Source: Rhynchobatus australiae | Lineage: Eukaryota | NCBI GenBank assembly: GCA_034780895.1 | Contig: JAUZTB010000127.1 | Span: forward strand, 74,213,071-74,277,070 | Direction: 5' to 3' | Length of the DNA stretch: 64,000 nucleotides | Shown: positions 51,720 through 64,000 of the stretch, one piece after another | How positions within the stretch are numbered: the stretch's first letter is position 1 | Layout of the letters: every line of letters starts with the position of its first letter | Notes under the pieces: model-generated | Database searches by the model: none | The model's input: only the letters and a program-made list of their open reading frames with translations | Told to the model about the DNA's origin: nothing | Program-made: the position numbers and the translations under genes

Positions 51720-52345
51720 CATGGTTATTCCCTGGAACCTGTGAGGATCCATGTGGATGAGGAGGTAAAAAATTTAATACCATTATTCAAGGAGGGTGAG
51801 AGGAAGTGGAGAACTACAGACCAGTTATTCTGGCATCTGCTGTAACAAAGGACTTAAAAAAAAAGGATAAGATTAGGCAGAGTCCACTTTGTTTTATGAA
51901 AAGAAGATCATGTTTGGCAGATCTAATGAGGTATTTTGCTGATATGATTTGGCAGAGTCACTCAGAAGGAACTTGTAGGTGCAGTATTACTGAATTTCCA
52001 AAAGTCATTCGATGTAATGCTACACAAAAGGCCATTAAATCAAAAAGAACCCAAACAGTTAACAGGAACTGAGGATTACTTAACCTGTTTAAAAAAAACC
52101 ACAATATCCTCACTATTGGGTCAATTTGAGATTGGCAAAGTGTTACAAGGGGTGCCACAGCATCAATCCTGTACTCAGATATTTACAATCTGTACTAACA
52201 TCTTAGATGAAAGTACAAGATGTAACATACCCAAATTTCCAGACGATACAAGATGGAAAGTAAACTGTGAGAATGACATGAAAGGAACATATCCAAATTA
52301 ATTGAGTGAACCAGAAGGTGATGGATGAAGTATAAAATGCGATGT
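51720..52345 (+). mobile_element. Old CR1 RT fragment in a STARD8 intron
   Basis: ENYRPVILAS, FMKRRSCL, GVPQ, KFPDDT. Confidence 0.8.
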
Positions 52346-52379
52346 TGTTCAGTTTGATAAAGAGAATAGCAAAACAGAA

Positions 52380-52575
52380 ATGGAGACACAAGAGAATGCA
52401 GATGCTGGATTCTGAGCAAAAATAAAACAACTGCTGGAGGAACTCAGCAGACCGAGCAGCAGGGGGTGGGAAGGAATTGTCAAAGCTTTGGGTCAAGACC
52501 CTGCATTAGGATTGAGAATGGAGGGGGAAAGAGAGGGGCATGGGTGAGACAGGGGCTGGTAGGTGATAGGTGACC
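52380..52575 (-). mobile_element. Penelope terminal-repeat fragment
   Basis: gagacacaagagaatgcagatgctgg...tgctggaggaactcagc, same terminus as 35498-35570 and 39095-39166. Confidence 0.8.
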
Positions 52576-52945
52576 AACAAAGATTTAAGGATAATAGGCA
52601 GAAGGAGCCAATCTTGAGGCTAATATCAGCCATGACCCTGTTGAAAGGTGAAGTAAGCTCAAGGGACTGCATGGGGTATTCTTGCTTCTATGCTCCCTGG
52701 ATGGTAGAACCATAGAAGGAATGAGGCAGCAACTGCAAGAGCCCCTATGTAACCAAAACACACAGCAAGTAGAGTTGCTTAAAACTGCAGTGGAGTTAAT
52801 CATAAAAGGCCTTACTTAAATCACATAAGTCCAGTAAGGTATTCTTTACTAACATCACTTAGTTCATATTTCAAATTATTTATTACTGTCAGCCCTTCAC
52901 TGTTGAAATGCCATGCTCTGAGCCCTAAGATTTGTTTTGAGGTAC

Positions 52946-53060
52946 CTGGAAAAGTTTCTTGCACTCTGTGATCATGTGACCCAATCCTTTGGTTGCCGCC
53001 AGATTCTCGCTGAGGTCCCTCTGATCAGGCTTACTTAGAACACCTCTCCTTCGGATCATC
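52946..53060 (-). CDS. STARD8: STARD8 coding exon, end of RhoGAP (too short for the ORF track)
   Basis: Translated by hand: RMIRRRGVLSKPDQRDLSENLAATKGLGHMITECKKLFQ; ttctag|G acceptor, CAG|GTACCT donor; 115 bp. Confidence 0.95.
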
Positions 53061-54267
53061 CTAGAATAAGGCCAGGAAAAAGGTGAGAATGTTCAGAAAA
53101 CCCAGGCAAACTTACATGAAACATAGAGCACATAAGTAAAACTAAATTATATCAGTTGCACATATGATCACCTAAACACACGTATTCCACTTTTCACATC
53201 TGTGTGTGTATTCAGATGGCCAATGGGGATTCAAGTTGTTTTTCTTTTAATAATTTTCTCTGTGTAGTGGTACAAATGTTATAAATGTTGTTCTGTAATT
53301 CCTAATTTTCTAAATCAATAGCAAGCATGGGAGGGAGGTTAATTTTTAAGTCAATCCACAACCCTAAATAATTTTTTTTAACCTTCTCTCCATTTATCTG
53401 TTTGACTTCCTTTTAATCTCTATTTTCTTTTTCCCCTGCCCATGTCATCGTCTTTCTCCCTGATTACATGAACTTGGTATTAAACTGGAACTAATAACTC
53501 CAGGCAAGGATAATGAAGGTTGTCTTCACCTTGAAGATGACTGAGTGATAAAATAATGTCCCTTTTGATTTTGAGGAACTGGATCTACAGCTATGTCCTG
53601 TGGTCAAAAATCACAATATTATAAACATTGCATATAAATCTAATGATCCATTTCCAGATTTGTCTCATTCATGAGCACTCTCCTTTCTCTATTCTAAGAT
53701 CATGTATTTGAACCCTACTTTAGAACCTGGAATACATGATCTAGGATTGCTCTCCAATGAAGCATTGAATTATTAATTTCAAATACTCCTCTACTTCTCT
53801 ATTGTAAAGTATCCTTTGTGGGTAGCTGCATGTGTAGAAGCCAGCAGCAAGGCGATGACTACTCTCTCAACCTTTAACCAAGCACATTCCAATACATTAA
53901 TTCTCATGACCAAAAGAGAGAGGAGCAAATAAATGCGTAACACACCACATCCCACTTTGGTTCACTCTCCTAAAACTTTAAAATTTTGGAATTCCTTACT
54001 TTCTAAAGGCTTTTAAAATTCTAGTCTGACGTCAGCTAATTACTACTTCTTGATTTATTTTAACTTCATTCTTGTTCTTTACAGTCTTTGGAACCTACAA
54101 GATGCCCTTTGACCCACCGACTGGATTTCTTAATAACCAAGAAAATTCAGTCAAGGGGATTACTGATGATGGCATCACCTTGGTAGCAAGAACATCTTTC
54201 CTTCTGCAGAGCAGCAAGAATATAGCAAGCTACCAACCACAGAGTTCCAGTGAACCATAGAGCTCAC

Positions 54268-54478
54268 CTTGGTGAGGAAGTTTCTTTCTTCAGCACATTG
54301 AGGTGGAATAGCGATGGTGCAAGGCACACGGCCAGGTTTCCAGCAGTCATCTGGTTTTGCTGTACAGATGCAATGTCACTTAGGAAGTACAACAACGACT
54401 GAAGAACCTCACGGTTCTCATCTGGCATCAACACAATGGCAGCCTGAACAGCTTGGAGACGTTGATCCATTGGCACAT
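54268..54478 (-). CDS. STARD8: STARD8 coding exon, RhoGAP
   Basis: YVPMDQRLQAVQAAIVLMPDENREVLQSLLYFLSDIASVQQNQMTAGNLAVCLAPSLFHLNVLKKETSSPR; catcag|AT acceptor, AG|GTGAGC donor; 211 bp. SDIAS and MTAGNL are STARD8-type. Confidence 0.97.
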
Positions 54479-54639
54479 CTGATGAAGGGAAAGAAAGATT
54501 CATACAGGCTGATCTCCACATCCTTATTGCTTTAGCATTTGCAATCAGGACAACTCCATCAAATAATTACTTCCAAATATGGGGTGAAACTACAAGATGA
54601 ACTTCCAAACCCAGTAAGGGTTCCTCTACTGTGGCTCCC

Positions 54640-54890
54640 AAACCCATAACCTCTACTGCTCTGACCTACAATGGCCAGATGTAAGGGAACACCACCACTT
54701 CCAAATTACCCCAAACTGTGCATACTGTCCTGACTAGATAACTAATCACCTTTTCTGTGGCAATTCTGAATCAAAATTGTAGAGCTTCATCATATGCGTT
54801 GTAGCAGTCTCAGATAGAGGCTCACTACTACCCACAAGCAATTAGTGATGGGTCAATGAACAATATCAATGTTTCATGAATGAATAAATA
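54640..54890 (+). mobile_element. LINE 3' end fragment
   Basis: gggaacaccaccacttccaaatt...caagcaattagtgatgg...catgaatgaataaa; complementary to 21445-21625 and 58700-58890. Confidence 0.6.
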
Positions 54891-55004
54891 AATGGGAAAG
54901 TAACTTTCAGAAATCATTGAAATAACTATGAACATCAACTCAAATCCAAGATTGTGTTAATCCTTAGGACACAGAGAATCTCAAAACAATATTCTACACA
55001 TGAA

Positions 55005-55275
55005 TAATGTGGTTAAAGAGCTAATCTGCAAACAAGGATTTCACCTTTGGTGTCATCAATTCACTGGTCTCTGTAGTCATAAACTATGGAACACTAGATA
55101 GCTTTTGGAATTTAAAAACTGGAATTGTATCACTAGAGCATAATGTGATAACCAATGGGGCTGATGCAATGGAATTCTCTTTGTCCATTGGTTGTATGGG
55201 ATGTATGTGAATTGAGTGCAGGATGATCTTAATCCTGTTCCTAGTGGGCATATCCCCACTGTAAAAATTAACACA
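55005..55275 (+). mobile_element. LF-SINE-like relic in a STARD8 intron
   Basis: tttcacct near 55040 and tatgtgaattgagtg...tcttaatcctgttcctagtgggca at about 55204-55250 resemble the remembered LF-SINE consensus. Confidence 0.45.
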
Positions 55276-55556
55276 AGAGTAACAATTATGGAAATCTCAC
55301 AATGATACTGTAGGGACATTGCTACTTCAAAGAAGGGGGAGCTTCCAAGCCAAACACAACACAACTGTGCTGTTACTGGTTCAAATCATCTAAAGGGAAA
55401 GCATTTTATCCAAGCACAGATACCTCCTATCTTGATACAACTCAATTACACAGGGAAAACAGATCTAAGTTTTTCAGAATGCATGGCTTGGATAAGTCAT
55501 TATAGCTAATATTAAGATCAAAGCAGTAAAAGTAGCATTTTCTTTATTGCACTCAC

Positions 55557-55755
55557 ACTGATAGATCTGTAGAAAGGTTTCTGTCAGTTTGCTGGTGAAG
55601 ATAGGTTCTGGAAGGTCTCGGAAATATTGCTTTAACAAGTCTGCTACATCAAACGCTGATTGACCCTGATAATTAACATTGTCAGGATTGTTTTCATTCA
55701 TCTGCCTGAGGACCTGGATTCGCGATTTCACACCTGACTTCCTGAAGATACCAAC
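55557..55755 (-). CDS. STARD8: STARD8 coding exon, RhoGAP arginine finger
   Basis: VGIFRKSGVKSRIQ...DVADLLKQYFRDLPEPIFTSKLTETFLQIYQ; acacag|GTT acceptor, T|GTGAGT donor; 199 bp. Catalytic Arg and the KxYFR motif are intact. Confidence 0.97.
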
Positions 55756-56976
55756 CTGTGTACAACATATTAATGAAGTTAGAGTGCATATTTTTACTCA
55801 AATCAATGTAAACCATCTTTATTGAAGAGAACCTTTGTAAATATACAACACTAGCAGCAAGAAACTGGTCAATGCCTTCACATGCTGGAAGTTCTTTATG
55901 AGGAGGCAATGGGCATCCAAACACTGTTACAGCAAGGACAAGATTGCAAAGGCCCAATGATGCTAGAAAGGTTACCACAGTCTATTTCAGGATTTGTCAC
56001 TGGGAAGAACACAATCTGCAGTCCCTCACCAAAAAAAACAAGGGTTGTGCACTCCTCACCATCCTCTTCAGTGATAGGACCTATGTAGGAGGCATGGATT
56101 AATTTGGAACCTTGACATATCTCAATGAATTAGCTTAATCACATTACCCATGTGATGGGTTGTAATGGTTCACAGCTGGCTATTCTTTTCAATATAATTT
56201 CTCCCAGTTCTTTTTTCTGGTCTTTCCAAATCATTCACCAGCTAGATCCAATTAGGAATGCTCATGAATGACCTTTATCCCAACTTCAGTTTCTATCATT
56301 CAAGACTCAAGCACTGTGAGATTTACAAGACTTATTATTTTTCCTCTGTTTTCCTTCTTCCAAAATTAGCTAATGGCTGATCACTGGCACCTCAAACTCA
56401 ACACATGGGAACACATACCTGCAAACCCAAGCCCAACCCCTCCAAACTGCTACACTATTGCACAGTAACAGTGAACTATCACATATCCATTAAAAAATAC
56501 AAGGTACTGGCATTACAAGCTCATTATTTGTTGGTGCTTATTGAACATGTCTGTGAGATATTACCTCCAACTATTAGTAAACTTCCCAAACTCTTAACAA
56601 TTATTCACATTCTCTTGACAACCTTACAGAAATATGATAAGTCTCCCGGAGACTTAATGTTCTGCTGCTCAATGGTTTATAATATCATTTTGACTAAACA
56701 ACCAGCTTCTATCCAGCAATAAATTATTTTCAGTGGGTATAAAGAGTGAAAATTAATATATTAATAACTCAATCCAGAAGAAATCTCATCACCTGAAGGA
56801 TCACAATCTCTTTACAAACCCTCTATGATTTAGGGATCCCAGTATAAAAACAATGTAATACCTAACAAAGTAGTAGCCAGCTCTGTGTAACTTCTGGAAT
56901 TAACCAGATCTAAAGAGAAAGCATATTGAAAACACTACAACTGGTTCTGGATTTGTAGTAGGACACAGAAACACAC

Positions 56977-57136
56977 CTGGCCCATGCACTGACTACGCAA
57001 GTAGCGCATGGCTTGTTGAATACTTTGAGGTAGCGGCTGCCCTGACCTCTTAACGTTTATTATTGGCGGAACACCAAATACATTTTTGCCTCGGTAATCT
57101 GGTTCCTTGCTTCTTTTCATGAATTTGGGAACACCC
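56977..57136 (-). CDS. STARD8: STARD8 coding exon, start of RhoGAP domain
   Basis: GVPKFMKRSKEPDYRGKNVFGVPPIINVKRSGQPLPQSIQQAMRYLRSQCMGQ; ctgtag|G acceptor, CAG|GTGTGT donor; 160 bp. Confidence 0.96.
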
Positions 57137-59089
57137 CTACAGGAGCAAAAAAAAGCCATACAAATTAATAAAACACCAAAATCCTGTGAACTGGTTAAAG
57201 ACAATAAACCTAATTGCTGACAATATACTCCCTTTTATATTATTTCTTTTCCATTCATTCTTGTTATATGGTCAATGATCTTGATCCTTTAACACATCTC
57301 TCTCTAACATTGCTTCTCAATTTTTTTTCAGCATTTTTATTTCTCTGAAATTCTCATCATAAAGACTGTGTACAAAATGAATTTCAGCAGCAGTTTCGTG
57401 AGGGAGAACATCACATAGCGTTGGATATTTTATTGATTTTCTCCTATCCGCTTTCTGCTCCAGATAGCATAGGTCAGATACCTAGTCAGGCAGAGTTGGG
57501 GCCAAGTAAGGTATATTGGACCATTGACATGGCCTCCAGGTGCCTTTAATATAGCTCCAGCAAGACTGGTGTTTACAGGTGGAAGGGAAAAGTAGAACAC
57601 AGCAGAAGGCCTGTGAGACCCCAAAGTATTAATGGGAGATGAAACATAAATATATCATCTCCCATTGGAAGCCCTCTTATTCTTACACCTGGGGCAGAAT
57701 CTCCAGTTTAAAGAGCGTCCTTGTGCATCTGAGCAAGCCTGGTGTACACACAGATGAAACTTGGAGGCTGTGAGTGTCCCCTCCCACCTCTCTATCATCA
57801 GAGCACAAACCATGCAGTGGAGATTTAGCTCCACCACTTTGTCCGATTTTCCTTTTCGGACACCAAGCAAGAAGAAAACCTGGCAAGGTGCTTAATGCAA
57901 CCTAACCCCACTTGGTGGCCATGACAAAGTTGGATTTCAAGCCCTTCAGCCATCTGATTTCTAGGTTTTGTCCAGTGGTCGTTGGCCAACCCATTCCTTT
58001 CTCACAGGCTGTTTGCCTTTGTTTACAGTGCACCCTTCTGACTGCCTTAACACAAAGAATTTCATTCAAAGCTGTTTCCACCCTTTGTGAGCTTTCAAAC
58101 AATTTAACTCCCCACCTCCCTGATGCTCCCGGCTGCTGCCCTGTTTCCACATTTCCCCCTCTCTCACAGCTGCAATCTGATATAGGCTCTATCCATTCAC
58201 TGAGGAAACCATCTGTAATATTCCAAGGGTCAAAGGCTGTGCTTGGACAGACTCCAGGTCCTGTGGATTCCTGTTATTGTACATTCTTTGCCTGGTTGCA
58301 GTAAATGTGAAGGGACACAATAGCAGGGCACATATCCAATTGGATGCTTTTTATCCTCAAGGAAACATAGGGGATGAATCCTCTCAAATCACCAGGACAC
58401 AGTCCAGTGACATTATGTGTGGCCGGTTCCTGTGAGCACTATGGAGGTTTGAATTATCAAATGCACGAGGAAGGGACTGTTCCAGCAACTTCATAAATAA
58501 TCTGATTTTACTGCCGTTCCGAGACCACAGGTTCAAATTTTACGAAACACCAACGGGTTACTTTGTGGAATAATGAAACATGGAGCAAAGCCCAAGCCCA
58601 TGTCTCTCATACATTTCCTGGAGGTGAGATTCACATCCTAAGTGGATGATGTCTGGCAGCAAAACAGTCAAAGTGATCATCATTCAGAAAGGGATTGATT
58701 CCTATTCTGCATTGAACATGCTGCACTCCTTCCGTTGAAGGCATTCCCACAGCACTTCAGGGAGGGACTTCCAGGATTTAGACACAGTGATGATAAATAA
58801 ACAGGGATATTTTTCCAATTCAGGTTCGACTTGGAGGCGAGCCCGTGGATGATGGTGTTCCCATGATCCTGCTGCCCTTGGTGGTAAATGGCCCTTTCAG
58901 AATAGTCTAAACAAGTATTTGCTTATTACATAAACTACCCAATCCATGAATTAGATTCTCATGTATTTGCTTTCTTCTGTATAAATTATTTAAATCTCTT
59001 CATTAAATCTCTCTGGCTGCCTATTGCTTTGCATATGATTCTTTGAATGATGTACATTAGGTTTCATATAACAATCTCATACAAAGTGT

Positions 59090-59410
59090 CACAGAATAGT
59101 ACAGCGTGGAAACAGGTCTCTTGATTCATTTATTCTATGTTGACTATCAAGCACCCAGTTACACTCATCCTATTTTTATTCTCTGCACATTACCCTCATC
59201 TTCCTCCAGATTCTACCACTCACCTACACTCTATGGGCAATTTTACAAAAGGCTAATTAACCTATCAAATTGCATGTCTTTGGAATGTAGGGGAAACCCA
59301 CATGGTCACAGAGAGAACATGCAAACTGCACACCGACAACACCAGAGTTCAGGACTGAACCCAGGTCACTAGAGTTGTGAGGCAGTAGCTCAAGTAGCTG
59401 TTCCACCATC
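59090..59410 (-). mobile_element. V-SINE (HE1-like) in a STARD8 intron
   Basis: ggaaacccacatggtcacagagagaacatgcaaactgcacacc V-domain; tRNA head toward 59410; CR1-like tail at 59090. Confidence 0.85.
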
Positions 59411-59618
59411 CACCTGACAGCGAGTTTTAGCTGGTGCTTTCCATGGATGCCATACATTTCAATTCTCATTATAGTTATTTGCAAGTCTGACTTAGCCACA
59501 AAAATCAAGCAAGTGTAGGACACTCCAATGTCTCTCTTAGCTGTTGCCTACATTCATAAATCTGTCAGATGCAGTAAATGAGACCTCTGGCCACCATGTC
59601 TGTATCCTAGCTACTGAC

Positions 59619-59792
59619 CAGTTCCAGCCCTGCTTGCTGCGGACAGCATATTTCTCCATGATGGCAGTCAATCGCAGTAGGGAGAATCGCTGCAGGAGGT
59701 TGAGTTGAGCTGCTGACTGTCTGTTGATTTCCATTGAAGCAGAATTCAGGCTGGGGCGGTGAGNNNNNNGGAAACTGTGCCAGCGCAGCTTC
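59619..59792 (-). CDS. STARD8: STARD8 coding exon (RKLRWHSF...KQGWNW)
   Basis: Acceptor tttccttag|G, donor TG|GTCAGT; 174 bp, phase 2 to 2. The six Ns keep the frame and fit the expected QNS. HRPSLNS..EINRQ and KQGW are STARD8-type. Confidence 0.95.
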
Positions 59793-61404
59793 CTAAGGAA
59801 AGAAAATGCAAAGATTAACAAAGGAAGCCAAAGTCTGCAAAAACCAACACCATACAGGGTCAAGGCCAGCATTCCTACACAGATACCATGAAGGACCCCA
59901 GTTTAATTATTCCTGCCAATGACCTTTATCATTACAGCTATATCTTGGAGGGTCACAGACTATGTCACACTAAAGAGTTGCACATTTTCCCATGGCACCT
60001 TAGGCCTCAGTGCAGATTTCCAGAACATCTTTTGGCATTCTTGTAAAGGACTCTAATTTTTTTGCGTTTAAGTTACCATCTGGACAGGCTGTGATCTTAC
60101 TTGTGTGAGCTCCAGCCTGATTTTCTCTCCATCTGACAGACATCCAGCCATCTTCAACAATGCCTGTGATGGAACAGCAGGTCTTTGTTATAATTGATTT
60201 TTGGAGCAATAAAGCATCTGCTATGAATGCCCACCAAACCACAGGGAGTGAGGTACCTTTCTGCTTGGTAATTGACTGCAATATCGGTAAGAGAAGAATG
60301 TGTACCTTAGAGAAAATAAACTTTCTATCTGCACTTTCAGTGTAAGACATGGGAGCACAGTATGTGTCAGAAGAAAATCATAAAGTGCAGGAAATATAGT
60401 AAAGGGTTGCATTGAAGTGTTATGCACCATCTTGTAACAAATGGATTATCATCTGATAATCAATAACATCTGTAGTCTGATGAATGCAAGGGTTATTCTG
60501 TGGAATCTCAATCTTTTGAATAAACATATACTGCAGGACAACACTGCTATAGACTCTTGTCACAGGAAACTACTTGTTAAGATGAAGATGAGATTGAAAA
60601 AAACACTCTTATTCAAAAAGTACCAGTGAACCTTTGAAGCCCACATGCAGGAGAAAAAAAATACAAAACATGAAATGTCATATTTTAATGCAAGGTTGCA
60701 GTTTCTGTTNNNNNNNNNNNNNNNNNNNNNNNNNNNNNNNNNNNNNNNNNNNNNNNNNNNNNNNNNNNNNNNNNNNNNNNNNNNNNNNNNNNNNNNNNNN
60801 NNNNNNNNNTCTGTTCTTGTTTTTATCCTCCTCTCAGCTACCTCCCTGTTCTTCTAGAGCCTCTGATTGTCACTGGGATACCTTGCCCAACTGCATTTTC
60901 GCAAAATTTGAGTACTAAGGGATATAAGACCACTGGGACAGCCAGATAAAATCTGATCTTATCTCCATTCAACATCCACACAGGCAGAGGGTTTCCAAGA
61001 CGCATCAATGGGCCATGACCAGGGATGGGAATCCTGGCTCATTTTCCCTCCCACCATGCCCAATGCAGTGCTGAAATGCTGGGAACAACTGTTATCCCAT
61101 GACTGCTTCCTGTCTAAAACCAGCCAGCTCAGTATTGAGCAGAAGCAAGCCATTTCCAAAGCATTTTTGCAATCATACTTCGCTGAATTACAGTCAGTTA
61201 TATGAATAGTCAGAAGGCAACAAGACTTACATTCATGTAGTACATCATGCATTTCCAACTGCTCCATAAATAGAGGATTACTTTCAGACACACACTGCTA
61301 TTATAAGCCATTTTGCACACAGGAAAATCCCACAAACTAAAGCAAAGTTTTTCTTTGGTGGTGTTTACCTGCTGGGAACACTAGCCAGGACACCCTATCA
61401 AATA

Positions 61405-61615
61405 GTCATAGAGTCATACTACACAGAAAAAGGTCCTTCGGCCCATCATGTCCATGCTGACCATCAAGTACCCATCTCTACAAATTTCATTCACCAGCAC
61501 TTGGTGCATAGCCTTCTATGCCTTGGCAATTCAAATGGTTGCAGATGCTTCTTGTATGTTTGAGTACCTGCCTCCCCACCACATTCTCAGACCATGTGTT
61601 CCAGATTGCAACCAG
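61405..61615 (-). mobile_element. CR1 LINE 3' end in a STARD8 intron
   Basis: gtcatagagtcata...ccttcggccc...gtccatgc terminal motif. Confidence 0.75.
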
Positions 61616-63031
61616 TAAATGCCATGAGATCTTTAATATCAACATGAAGAACCTAAACAGAGCTCGTATTCAACATCTCAACAGAAAGACAACACAAGGT
61701 TGTCAGACTGTAGTAATTTACAGTCACTTGTATTGGGAACCATTTAAGATATATATGGCATATGTGTGTATTAATTCTTGAGCTGCAGTTTGCTGGGGGT
61801 TTCCATACTGAACTGTCGGCATGTATTCCTACTGACTATCAGGAAGATGGGACTTCCACATTCCAAGCACCATCAGCTATTTGTCAGCTGCTCTCCAACA
61901 GCGAGCTCTCATGGCCACAAAAGTGCTGCAGTTCCTCACGAGTCCCATTGCGGTTTCCTGCCTTTGCCTGCTTAGATCTAGTTTAGAAATGCAAGTCCAT
62001 TCATTTAAATGAAGAGGAACATCTGGCTGAAAGGCTCATGGATAAATATAATTTACACATTTCTGTGTTAATTAGGTTTGCTTAAATATTGTTAACTGTT
62101 GAAGTATTGCGTACATTTTCATTTTAGATAATTTGAAGATTTTGTTTGTTATACTGTTTTTCTTATTATTGAATTGACAGTTTCGTATTCACAGATCTTG
62201 CCAGGTTTGACAGCTGGCAAGTTCATGGGCAAGGCTCAGCCAGCTGTCAGTTTTTCTCAGCTGTGTTGTGGACAGAGCTGTGGCTTGTTCATATGAAAGC
62301 ATTGTACCACATGAGGCCTTGCTGGTTTGCCAGGTCTCACCATTTTGAATTGGAATAGCTTCTGCAAGCATGTTCACAAGATAAACCCATAAAAAGTAAG
62401 TCATGTGTCTAAGTGGCAAATGTGGGCAGCTTGCCAGAGGTGAACTAGTTTGATGCTTTATGATGCAATACTTGAAAGGAAGGAAACTCAGGCTGGTTCT
62501 GTTACAGCAGGGAAAACTCCCCTCCAGATTTTCCTTTCTGCTTGCTGAACTAATGTTGTGTAACATCCAGACAGAACAGATGAAATCTATTCCATTTTAA
62601 TACTCGAGCACTATATCATGAGGAGTGTGACAAATGCTACACTGAATTAAGTTCCCTTCAACTGGGGAGCAAGGCGTAGAATTAATTCAACAGTATTTCA
62701 CCAAGTGGTAACTCTTCACACACGAGTTTAATCAGTTAGTCAACTTATTAATGAATATCTCATAACTAACCTTAGGCTCTCCTCATACAATATTCACCAT
62801 ACAATCCAACCAGGAGTGAGTAACTATAGATCTGAAGGAGGGCCAGAGTTTACTGTATTGCACCTATTATAAACTGAGCTAAGATAATCTAAATTATTCC
62901 AAACCAACACCAAGCCACAGCTTGACTGGTTCACAGTTCAATGACAAGCTGTGCTGAATAATAAAGACAGCCTACAAAATGACCTGTGTTTGATATCTGC
63001 AACTATCAACAAAAAGATCAGAAGTCTCTAC

Positions 63032-64000
63032 CTGTTTGGTCTGGTTAATGAAGCCCCTACTCCAGAATCTCTCCGATCCCTCATCTCCATTTCTTCAGGT
63101 TCATTTAGTGAATTCCCAGTACTATCAAAATCACTTGCAGTTGTCCCCACATCAGACATTGAGCGGTCTTCAAAATTCAAACCTTGCAAAGGAAAAACTG
63201 TTTCTCCAGTAGAGTCAGACTCAGTGTCATTATAATCAGTGCACATCATTTTTGACCAACTGTCTACTCTCTGCCGTAATCCATTGACATGCTTCAAAAC
63301 ATCATCTAGTTGTTTAAAGTAGCACTCAGGTCCACCTATGCTATTGTACAGGTGGGTCTCAGGAACATTGTCATAAAAACTCTGCCTGCTGTCCACAGAG
63401 CTACAGGAATCCCTTCGTCCTTGAAACCCCAGTCGCTGAAAATTGTTGCTGCTATCACATGTAGACATTCCAAAGGAGCTGTTTCCTGATCTCCATTTTA
63501 CCAAATGGTTATCAGCACCTGGACACAAGCTTTCTATGGAGAGGGCTTTGGGGAAGGTTCCTAATTTGTGATTTGTTGGGATGCGAACAACACAATCTTC
63601 TTGAGAACACATATTGTCTCTTCTATTATGATTGGAGGTCGTGAAGCCCATTTCATAGTCTTCCAAGTACAGTCCACAATGCTTTGAGCCATGGCTCCTA
63701 GATTTGCCTGAAGAATGTTCTGTACATCCACAATCAGCCAGTGAAGGAATGCCAGATTGAGATAAGTTATTCATCAAGTTCTTGGGGCTCTGGCTCCCAG
63801 TTTTCAGAGGACTGGAGCTCTGTAATGGTTCATTGTATTGCTGTAATACTGTTTTGATACTTTTTGTCTCTTTATTCTTTGAAGCCATTTTGGCTTTGTT
63901 CCGAAGGGTTTTAAACCGAAGGGATTCAATCCGTCTAAGAAAGCTCTTGGTCCGCTGTTTTCTGGGGTTCTCTGTGAAGTCTGGAGTGGTTTGATCTCCA
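63032..64000 (-). CDS. STARD8: STARD8/DLC3-like RhoGAP: large serine-rich linker exon (5' part lies outside the window)
   Basis: Frame is open from the window edge (GDQTTPDFTENPRKQRTKSFLRRIESLR...) through ORF 63028..63888. It carries DLC-family motifs GTFPKALSIESL, SFYDNVP (tensin-binding SIYDNV type), LDDVLKHV (LD-like) and RDRRDSGVGASLTRP. Donor AG|GTAGAG, phase 2. Confidence 0.95.

Noticed and set aside
43512-64000. Assignment to DLC1 or STARD13
   Set aside because: Diagnostic residues (KQGW, DYRG..VFGVPP, DLLKQY, PIFTSKL, SDIAS, MTAGNL, EWYNKV) fit STARD8 better. A phylogeny would settle it.

Overview
Vertebrate nuclear DNA from a draft assembly with many N gaps. The repeat content (V-SINE/HE1-type SINEs, CR1 and Rex1-like LINEs, Penelope-like elements, Deu-domain SINE relics) points to a cartilaginous fish, probably a ray or shark (inference). 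The right third holds the last ten coding exons of a DLC-family RhoGAP-START gene on the minus strand, best matching STARD8/DLC3. It enters at the window edge (64000) and stops at 43512. All nine introns are GT-AG with consistent phases, and a probable 3' UTR of about 3.5 kb extends to about 39950. The left 40 kb is intergenic, with no credible protein-coding gene. Most notable: (1) STARD8 ends at a TAA six codons ahead of an in-frame, decayed relic of the family's PDZ-ligand tail; (2) a CpG-rich, internally duplicated 720-bp island ending in a GC-shifted CR1 tail; (3) a minimal hammerhead ribozyme in a Penelope-like element, with many relics; (4) two LTR-like families with clear TSDs, one possibly hiding a full-length element in a gap; (5) a 46-bp hairpin-bearing minisatellite; (6) Pbx-Hox/Meis motif clusters. 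I found no convincing novel multi-gene system. Family assignments rest on remembered consensus sequences and need database confirmation.
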